Below, piece after piece: positions 25,191 to 32,000 of a stretch of 32,000 nt of DNA. This DNA comes from Longivirga aurantiaca (lineage in GTDB: Bacteria > Actinomycetota > Actinomycetes > S36-B12 > CAIYMF01). The stretch spans positions 390,001 through 422,000 of the forward strand of contig NZ_JBHSTI010000002.1 in the NCBI RefSeq assembly GCF_042660085.1, read 5' to 3'. Position numbers and translations under genes: made by a program. The notes beneath the pieces are model-generated. The model was not told the origin of the DNA, searched no databases, and saw only the letters and a list, made by a program, of their open reading frames with translations. Position 1 is the stretch's first letter; each line of letters begins with the position of its first letter.

Positions 25191-27704
25191 TCAGAGCTGG
25201 CCGACGTCGGTGAGGGTGAGGACGGCCTCGCCCGCCTCGTCCGACGCCGCGAGGTCGACATCGGCGGAGAAGCCCCAGTCGTGGTCGCCGGCAGGGTCGT
25301 CGAGGATCTGCCGCACGAGCCAGTGCCCGGGCTGCTCCTCCACGATGAGCCGCTGCGGGCCGCGGGCGTCCGGGCCGGTGCCGATGTCGGTGTGCTCCTC
25401 GAAGTACGGCTCGAGCGCCTCGCGCCAGGCGTCGGCGTCCCATCCGTCGGCGGCGTCGAGGTCGCCGAGCGCCCACCAGTCGCGACGCGCTGCCAGCTCG
25501 ACCCTGCGGAACATCGCGTTGCGCACGAGCACGCGGAAGGCGCGCGTGTTGGCGGTGACACGCGGCGGCCCGGCCGGCGTCGGCGCGATGCCGGCGCCGT
25601 CGTCGTCCGTGCCCGAGCGCAGCTGCTCCCACTCGTCGAGCAGGCTGGAGTCGACCTGGCGCACGAGCTCGCCGAGCCACTCGACGATGTCGTCGAGCTC
25701 CTCGGTGCGGGCGGCGTCGGGCACCGTGCGCTTCAGCGTGCGGTACGCGTCGGCGAGGTAGCGCAGCACGAGGCCCTCGGACCTCGTGAGCTGGTAGTAG
25801 CCGACGTACTCCACGAAGTTCATCGCGCGCTCGAACATGTCGCGCACGACCGACTTCGGCCGCAGCTCGTAGTCGGCGACCCACGGGTGGCCGCGCTTGT
25901 AGATCTCGTACGCCGCGTCGAGCAGCTCGGCGAGCGGCTTCGGGTGCGTGACGTCTGACAGCAGCTCCATCCGCTCCTCGTACTCGATGCCCTCGGCCTT
26001 CATCGCCGCGACGGCCTCGCCGCGCGCCTTGTTGATCTGGGCGTAGATCACCTGGCGCGGGTTGTCGAGCACCGACTCGATCACCGAGACGACGTCGAGC
26101 GCGTACGTCGGAGCCTCCTTGTCCAGCAGCTCGAGCGCCCCGAGCGCCATGGGCGACAGCGGCTGGTTGAGGGCGAAGTTGTCGGGCAGGTCGATGGTGA
26201 GGCGGATCGTGCGGCCGTCCTCGTCGGGCTCGTCGAGCCGCTCGATCACGCCGCCCGCGAGCAACGCTCGGTAGATCGCGATCGCGCGGCGCACGTGCTG
26301 GCGCTTGGTGCGCTCGTCGTCGTGGTTCTCGAGCAGGAGCTTGCGCATCGCCTCGACGGGGTCGCCCGGGCGCGCGATCACGTTGAGCAGGGTCGAGTGC
26401 GTGACGCTGAACTGCGAGGTGAGCGTCTCGGGCTCGGAGCCGACGAGCCGGTCGTACGTCGGCTCGCCCCACGACACGAAGCCCTCGGCCGGCTTCTTGC
26501 GCACGACCTGCCGGCGCTTGCGCGGATCGTCGCCGGCCTTGGCGAGCGCCTTCTCGTTCGCGATCACGTGCTCGGGCGCCTGGACGACGACGCCGCCCGC
26601 CTCGTCGAACCCGGCACGTCCGGCACGGCCTGCGATCTGGTGGAACTCGCGCACCTTGAGGTGCCGCTGGCGCACGCCGTCGTACTTGCTGAGGCCCGTG
26701 AAGACCACCGTGCGGATCGGCACGTTGATACCGACGCCGAGGGTGTCGGTGCCGCAGATGATCTTCAGCAGACCCGCCTGGGCGAGGGTCTCCACGAGGC
26801 GGCGGTACTTCGGCAGCATGCCCGCGTGGTGAACGCCGATGCCGTGGCGGACGAGGCGCGACAGCGTGCGGCCGAAGCCCGCGGTGAAGCGGAAATCGCC
26901 GATGAGCTCGGCGATCCTGTCCTTCTCCTCGCGGGTGCAGACGTTGATGCTCATGAGCGCCTGCGCGCGCTCGAGCGCGGAGTCCTGCGTGAAGTGGACG
27001 ACGTAGATCGGGGCCTGGCCGCCCGCGAGCAGCTCCTCGATCGTCTCTTGCAGCGGCGTCAGGACGTAGGAGTAGTAGAGAGGCACCGGCCGCTCGCCCG
27101 AGCTCACGAGCGCGGTCGGCCGGCCGGTGCGCGCGGTGAGGTCCTGGGTGAAGAACGAGACGTCGCCGAGGGTCGCCGACAGCAGCAGGAACTGCGCCTG
27201 CGGCAGCTCGAGCAGCGGCACCTGCCACGCCCAGCCGCGATCGGGCTCGGCGTAGAAGTGGAACTCGTCCATGATCACGAGACCGACGTCGGCGTTCCGG
27301 CCCTGCCGCAGGGCCATGTTGGCCAGCACCTCGGCGGTGCAGCAGATGATCGGCGCCTCCGGGTTCACGCTCGCGTCGCCGGTGAGCATGCCGACGTTCT
27401 CCGCGCCGAACGTGTCGCAGAGCGCGAAGAACTTCTCCGACACCAGCGCCTTGATCGGCGCGGTGTAGAAGCTGCGGCGCCCGCCTGCGAGCGCGATGAA
27501 GTGCGCCGCGGTCGCGACGAGGCTCTTCCCGCTGCCGGTGGGCGTCGCGAGGATGACGTTGGCACCGGTGACGAGCTCGAGGACGGCGTCCTGCTGCGCG
27601 GGGTACATCGCGATGCCCTGCGCCTCGGTCCAGGTGCTGAACGCGGCGTACAGCGAGTCCTCGTCCGGAGGCTCGGGCATCAGCTCGGCGAGGGTGGGCG
27701 TCAT
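25191..27704 (-). CDS. DExH-box helicase, Ski2-like (DUF3516-type C-terminus)
   Basis: 837 aa; ATPTGSGKS, DEFHFY, LLSATLGD, FTGLSKYDGVRQRHLKVREFHQIAGRAGRAG. Confidence 0.92.
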   Translation of the reverse strand: MTPTLAELMPEPPDEDSLYAAFSTWTEAQGIAMYPAQQDAVLELVTGANVILATPTGSGKSLVATAAHFIALAGGRRSFYTAPIKALVSEKFFALCDTFGAENVGMLTGDASVNPEAPIICCTAEVLANMALRQGRNADVGLVIMDEFHFYAEPDRGWAWQVPLLELPQAQFLLLSATLGDVSFFTQDLTARTGRPTALVSSGERPVPLYYSYVLTPLQETIEELLAGGQAPIYVVHFTQDSALERAQALMSINVCTREEKDRIAELIGDFRFTAGFGRTLSRLVRHGIGVHHAGMLPKYRRLVETLAQAGLLKIICGTDTLGVGINVPIRTVVFTGLSKYDGVRQRHLKVREFHQIAGRAGRAGFDEAGGVVVQAPEHVIANEKALAKAGDDPRKRRQVVRKKPAEGFVSWGEPTYDRLVGSEPETLTSQFSVTHSTLLNVIARPGDPVEAMRKLLLENHDDERTKRQHVRRAIAIYRALLAGGVIERLDEPDEDGRTIRLTIDLPDNFALNQPLSPMALGALELLDKEAPTYALDVVSVIESVLDNPRQVIYAQINKARGEAVAAMKAEGIEYEERMELLSDVTHPKPLAELLDAAYEIYKRGHPWVADYELRPKSVVRDMFERAMNFVEYVGYYQLTRSEGLVLRYLADAYRTLKRTVPDAARTEELDDIVEWLGELVRQVDSSLLDEWEQLRSGTDDDGAGIAPTPAGPPRVTANTRAFRVLVRNAMFRRVELAARRDWWALGDLDAADGWDADAWREALEPYFEEHTDIGTGPDARGPQRLIVEEQPGHWLVRQILDDPAGDHDWGFSADVDLAASDEAGEAVLTLTDVGQL

Positions 27705-27910
27705 GGGCTGCCCATGCTGCCCGTTCCACGCGCGGAGGGGAAACGAGCACGCGTCCGAGGGCGATGCACGCAGGTCGGCCTGTCTGCCCCGTCACGCTTC
27801 TGGACCCGGGCCCGTCGACGTCGCCGAGCGGGGGAGAAGGATCGAGGCAGCGGGGCTCCCACCGGCCCGACCGGGTCGCCGCCTCGCGAGGACACGGAGG
27901 ATCCACCCTC

Positions 27911-28180
27911 ATGCGCACCGACGTCGTGACGCTCTTCCCCGCCGAGTTCGCCGTCGGCGACAGCGTCTTCGACCTGACGTCCCACCAGTGGCACGAGATC
28001 ACCGGTATCGGCAGCGGCGACGGTCGGGTGCTGCTCGCGACCGACGACGGCTTGTCCCTCGCGGTTCCGGCATCCGAGCGGCTGCACGCCCGCCTGGCCG
28101 TCGAGCACCACGACGTCGCGCTCGAGCATCTGCGCCCGGCCACCGGGGCCGATCAGGTCGCCGAGCAGTTCTGGGACTGA
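27911..28180 (+). CDS. Hypothetical small protein
   Basis: 89 aa; MRTDVVTLFPAEFAVGDSVFDLTSHQWHEITGIGSGDGRVLLATDDG. Confidence 0.65.
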   Translation: MRTDVVTLFPAEFAVGDSVFDLTSHQWHEITGIGSGDGRVLLATDDGLSLAVPASERLHARLAVEHHDVALEHLRPATGADQVAEQFWD

Positions 28181-28261
28181 ACGGCCGGCGCGAACCCTCC
28201 CGCTCGCGCGCCCGCGCTGCCACACTCCAGCAGCCGGACCCGTGACCACCTGGAGGAACCG

Positions 28262-28894
28262 ATGGACCCGCACAAGACCGCAGTCGTGCTCGTGGAGTAC
28301 CAGAACGACTTCGCCAGCGAGGGCGGCGCCCTGCACGGCGCCGTCAAGGACTCGATGGAGTCGACGGGCATGATCGGCCACACCCAGGACGCCGTGGCCG
28401 CCGCCCGGGCCGCGGGGGTCACGATCATCCACGCCCCCATCCAGTTCGCCGAGGGCTACGGCGAGATCACCCGGAACCCGTACGGGATCCTCAAGGGGGT
28501 CGTCGACACGAACGCCTTCGTCAAGGGCAGCTGGGGGGCGGACTTCGTCGGCGAGGTCTCGCCCCAGCCGGGCGACATCGTGCTGGAGGGCAAGCGCGGG
28601 CTCGACGCGTTCGCCAGCACCAACCTCGACTTCATCCTGCGCAGCAAGGGGATCGAGACGGTGGCGCTCAGCGGGTTCCTGACGAACTGCTGCGTCGAGT
28701 CGACCATGCGGTCGGCGTACGAGAAGGGGTTCGAGGTCATCACCCTCACCGACTGCGTCGGGGCCACGAGCGCCGAGGAGCACACGAACGCCATCACCTA
28801 CGACTACCCCATGTTCTCCAAGCCGATGACCGCCGATGAGTTCGCCGAGACCCTCGGCGGTGCGTCGGCCGCCGACACGTCCCGCGCCTACTGA
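28262..28894 (+). CDS. Isochorismatase-family cysteine hydrolase
   Basis: 210 aa; VVLVEYQNDFASEGG, LEGKRGLDAFASTNLDFILR, LSGFLTNCCVESTMRSAYEKGF. Confidence 0.87.
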   Translation: MDPHKTAVVLVEYQNDFASEGGALHGAVKDSMESTGMIGHTQDAVAAARAAGVTIIHAPIQFAEGYGEITRNPYGILKGVVDTNAFVKGSWGADFVGEVSPQPGDIVLEGKRGLDAFASTNLDFILRSKGIETVALSGFLTNCCVESTMRSAYEKGFEVITLTDCVGATSAEEHTNAITYDYPMFSKPMTADEFAETLGGASAADTSRAY

Positions 28895-29185
28895 CGCCCG
28901 CGGGGCTCCCCGCTCGACGGCCCGTGCTCCGCTCGTCGGGGTCACGGGCCGTCCGCGTCTGACCGGTCCGGGCGCGGGTCGCCAGGACATAGGGACGGCG
29001 GAGGTCGAGGGATGGCGGCAGGACGACGGCAACGTCCGGCAGCCCCGTCCCGCGACGTCGCCCAGGGCCACGGTGACCGGGTCGCCCTGCGGTTCCCGTG
29101 CGCTCCGGCCGTGCATCGCGGGAGCGGACGGCGGATCCTGGGAGCAGGCGCCGCGACGTCTGTGCCGGCCGCCGGGGGTGCAGCG

Positions 29186-32000
29186 ATGGCGGAGAACGGT
29201 GAGGCCGAGGCTCGGGAGCGGGCAGAGCTCGCACCTGAGCAGGCTCGCGAGCTGAGCGCCGCCCTGGGCCACCTCGCGCCGACCGAGCCGCTCGCCCTGC
29301 TGTTCCGTGACCTGCGCTCCAGCCGGCGCGGGCTCTCCGAGCGGGAGGCCGCGCGACGCCTCGCGACGTACGGGCCCAATGAGCTGCGGCGCGCCGCCAG
29401 GCGCAGCCCCTGGCGCGACCTGCTCGACCAGCTCATCCATCCGCTCGCGCTGCTGCTGTGGGTGGCCGCCGCCCTCGCGTGGGCGATCCGCACCCCGGTG
29501 CTCGCGATCGCCGTCGTCCTCGTCATCTGGCTCAACGCCGGGTTCGCCTTCGTCCAGGAGCGGCAGGGCGAGCGCGCGGTCGAGGCGCTGTCGGCGTACC
29601 TCCCGCAGAAGGCGGTGGTGCGTCGCGACGGGCGTCGGCGCGAGATTCCGGCGCGCGAGCTGGTGCCCGGCGACGTGATCGAGCTGACCGAGGGCGACCG
29701 CGTCTGCGCCGACGCACGACTGGTCGAGGGCGCGCTCGAGGTGGACATGTCCACCATCAACGGCGAGTCGCTGCCTGCCTACCGCACGGCGGCTGCACCC
29801 GACAGCGGCGTGCCGCTGATGGAGGCCGCGTCGCTCGTGTTCAGCGGGACGTCGTGCACGGGCGGCGACGCCGTAGCGCTGGTGAGCCGCACCGGCATGC
29901 ACACCGAGCTCGGCCGTATCGCTGCACTGACCCAGCGCGTGGTGCGCGAGCCGAGCCCGCTCGAGACCCAGGTCCGCAAGGTGGCGTGGCTCATCGCGCT
30001 GGTCAGCGTCGGCGTCGGCCTGGCGTTCATCCCGATCGGCGCGCTGATGGCGGGGCTCTCGCTTGCCGACTCGGCCTCGTTCGCGATCGGCCTCATCGTC
30101 GCGAACGTCCCCGAGGGGCTGCTCCCCACGATCACGCTCGCGCTCGCCGTGGCCGTCCGCGAGCTGGCGCGCAAGGGGGCGCTCGTCAAGCGGCTCTCCG
30201 CGGTCGAGACCCTCGGCGCCACGAGCGTCATCTGCACCGACAAGACCGGCACCTTGACCGAGAACCGCATGCACGCGGTGCTCGTGTGGACCACGTCCGG
30301 CGAGCAGTGGCTCGGCGGCGCCCCCATGGCCGACGCCGAGTTCGCGCCGCTGCGCCGGCTCGCCGAGGTGCTCGCGTCCTGCAACACCGCCGAGCTCGCG
30401 CCGGACGATCCGGCGCGACCCGACGCAGGTCCGGCCGGCACGGGCGACCCCACCGAGGTCGCGCTCCTCGCCGCTGCCCGCGTGATCGGCGCCGACGTCG
30501 ACCCGCGGCCGCGCGAGGCCGCCCGGCGGGCGATGTTCCACTTCGACCCCGGCCGCAGGCTCATGACCACCGTCGACGACGTCGGCTCCCGCACCGTCGT
30601 GCACACCAAGGGAGCGCCGGAGGAGGTGCTCGCGCGCAGCGCCGCGCTGCTCGACGACCACGGCACCGAGGTGCCGCTCGACGATGCGCGGCGCGAGCTC
30701 GTCCTGGCGGCGACCCAGCGGTACGCGGCACGCGGTCTGCGCCTCATCGCCGCCGGCTACCGCGAGCTCGACGGCGGCGACGTGCCGCAGGAGCGGGACG
30801 ACGCCGAGCGGGGCCTGGTGCTCACCGGCTTCGTCGCGCTGCTCGACCCTGCGCGCCCCGAGGTGCGGACCGCCGTGGATCGCTGCCACACCGCGGGGAT
30901 CCGCGTCATCGTGCTCACCGGAGACCACCGGCTCACCGCGGGCGAGGTGGCACGCGAGGTGGGCATCGGCGGCCCGGACCTCCTCCCCGTGAACGCCTCC
31001 GAGCTCGACGCCCTCACCGACGACGAGTTCGACGCCCTCCTCGCCGGCGGCCGCGAGATGGTCATCGCTCGCTCGTCGCCGGAGATGAAGATGCGCGTGG
31101 CCGAGTCGCTGCAGTCGGGCGGTCACGTCGTCGCGATGACGGGCGACGGCGTCAACGACGCGCCCGCGCTGCGTCGTGCGGACATCGGCGTCGCCATGGG
31201 CCGGAGCGGGACCGACGTGGCCCGCGAGGCGGCCACGATGGTGCTCACCGACGACAACTTCAACACGATCGCGCAGGCGGTCGAGTCGGGCCGTCGCGTC
31301 TACGACAACGTCCGCAAGTTCGTGCTCTACATCTTCGCCCACGCCACTCCGGAGGTCGTGCCCTTCCTGGTGTTCGCGCTGTCGGGCGGGCGCGTGCCGC
31401 TGCCGATCACGGTGCTGCAGATCCTCTGCATCGACATCGGCACCGAGACGCTGCCGGCCCTGGCTCTCGGCCGGGAGCAGGCCGAGCCGGGCCTCATGCA
31501 CCAGCCGCCGCGGCCCAGCGGCGAGAAGCTCATCCGTGGCGCGCTGCTGCTGCGCGGGTGGCTGCTCCTGGGTGGGGTGAGCGCCGTCCTCGTCACTGGC
31601 GCCTTCTTCTGGACCTTGCTCGCCGGCGGCTGGAGCCCGGGCGCCGACGTCAGCGTCGGAGCGCCTCTGCACGACGTCTACCTCCAGGCCACGACGATGA
31701 CCTTCCTCGGGATCGTCGCCTGCCAGGTGGGCACGGCCTTCGCCGCGCGCACCGACCGCGCCTCGCTGTGGTCGATCGGGGTGCTGTCCAACCGCCTGCT
31801 GCTCTGGGGCATCGCCTTCGAGCTCGCGTTCGCCGCGCTCGTCGTGCTGGTCCCGGGCGTGAGCGACGTCCTCGGCATGGCCGCACCCCCCGTCGAGCAG
31901 GTGGCTGTGCTCCCGCTGTTCGCGGTGGTCGTGTGGGGCGTGGACGAGGTGGTGCGCTGGGTGCGCCGAACGCTCGACACGCGCCGGGAGGGCGCGGCGG
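29186..32000 (+). CDS. P-type cation-transporting ATPase (type II), 3' truncated by window
   Basis: Open frame to window end; cation ATPase N-terminal domain, [45 protein letters not shown]. Confidence 0.93.
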   Translation, partial: MAENGEAEARERAELAPEQARELSAALGHLAPTEPLALLFRDLRSSRRGLSEREAARRLATYGPNELRRAARRSPWRDLLDQLIHPLALLLWVAAALAWAIRTPVLAIAVVLVIWLNAGFAFVQERQGERAVEALSAYLPQKAVVRRDGRRREIPARELVPGDVIELTEGDRVCADARLVEGALEVDMSTINGESLPAYRTAAAPDSGVPLMEAASLVFSGTSCTGGDAVALVSRTGMHTELGRIAALTQRVVREPSPLETQVRKVAWLIALVSVGVGLAFIPIGALMAGLSLADSASFAIGLIVANVPEGLLPTITLALAVAVRELARKGALVKRLSAVETLGATSVICTDKTGTLTENRMHAVLVWTTSGEQWLGGAPMADAEFAPLRRLAEVLASCNTAELAPDDPARPDAGPAGTGDPTEVALLAAARVIGADVDPRPREAARRAMFHFDPGRRLMTTVDDVGSRTVVHTKGAPEEVLARSAALLDDHGTEVPLDDARRELVLAATQRYAARGLRLIAAGYRELDGGDVPQERDDAERGLVLTGFVALLDPARPEVRTAVDRCHTAGIRVIVLTGDHRLTAGEVAREVGIGGPDLLPVNASELDALTDDEFDALLAGGREMVIARSSPEMKMRVAESLQSGGHVVAMTGDGVNDAPALRRADIGVAMGRSGTDVAREAATMVLTDDNFNTIAQAVESGRRVYDNVRKFVLYIFAHATPEVVPFLVFALSGGRVPLPITVLQILCIDIGTETLPALALGREQAEPGLMHQPPRPSGEKLIRGALLLRGWLLLGGVSAVLVTGAFFWTLLAGGWSPGADVSVGAPLHDVYLQATTMTFLGIVACQVGTAFAARTDRASLWSIGVLSNRLLLWGIAFELAFAALVVLVPGVSDVLGMAAPPVEQVAVLPLFAVVVWGVDEVVRWVRRTLDTRREGAA

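Noticed and set aside
25111-28143. 1010-aa minus-strand ORF (and similar long ORFs overlapping annotated genes)
   Set aside because: Arg/Pro/Ala-rich shadow frame overlapping the well-supported helicase in another frame; typical high-GC spurious ORF.
27701-31672. 1323-aa minus-strand ORF
   Set aside because: Antisense to the clearly coding cysteine hydrolase and P-type ATPase; low-complexity His/Arg/Gly-rich translation with no domain.
1-32000. CRISPR array, integrase, transposase or tRNA-bounded island
   Set aside because: No regularly spaced direct repeats, recombinase-like proteins, tRNA-like sequences or target-site-like flanks were seen. The neighbourhood looks chromosomal and metabolic, although acquisition of the cluster cannot be excluded.

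Overview
High-GC actinobacterial chromosomal window. No rRNA, tRNA, CRISPR array, integrase or transposase was recognised. The left edge holds the end of an NAD-dependent formate dehydrogenase locus (beta-subunit C-terminus, alpha and delta subunits). Roughly 3.5-22.4 kb holds an unusual metabolic neighbourhood: two aldehyde dehydrogenases flanking a CofC/FbiD-type F420-biosynthesis guanylyltransferase; a DeoR regulator divergent from class II FBPase (GlpX); a ribokinase-like kinase; an operon of cupin, split-barrel flavoprotein, amidotransferase-like protein and LacI regulator; nicotinamide phosphoribosyltransferase, HAD phosphatase and PRPP synthetase; a nucleoside hydrolase; a SnoaL-like protein divergent from an FGD-like (F420-dependent sugar-phosphate dehydrogenase) LLM protein; a regulator with six tandem XRE-like HTH repeats; and an Amt/Rh-fold protein that appears to lack both twin histidines. 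An AT-rich, LacI/cre-like motif (about TAGAAACGTTTATAG) recurs in the control regions of most of these units, suggesting one regulon. I regard this as the best candidate for an undescribed system: an F420-linked, ribose/PRPP/nicotinamide-linked catabolic or salvage module. The substrate is unknown. The right part (22.6-32 kb) looks ordinary: small hypothetical genes, a GGDEF protein, a DExH helicase, a cysteine hydrolase and a P-type ATPase cut by the window edge.
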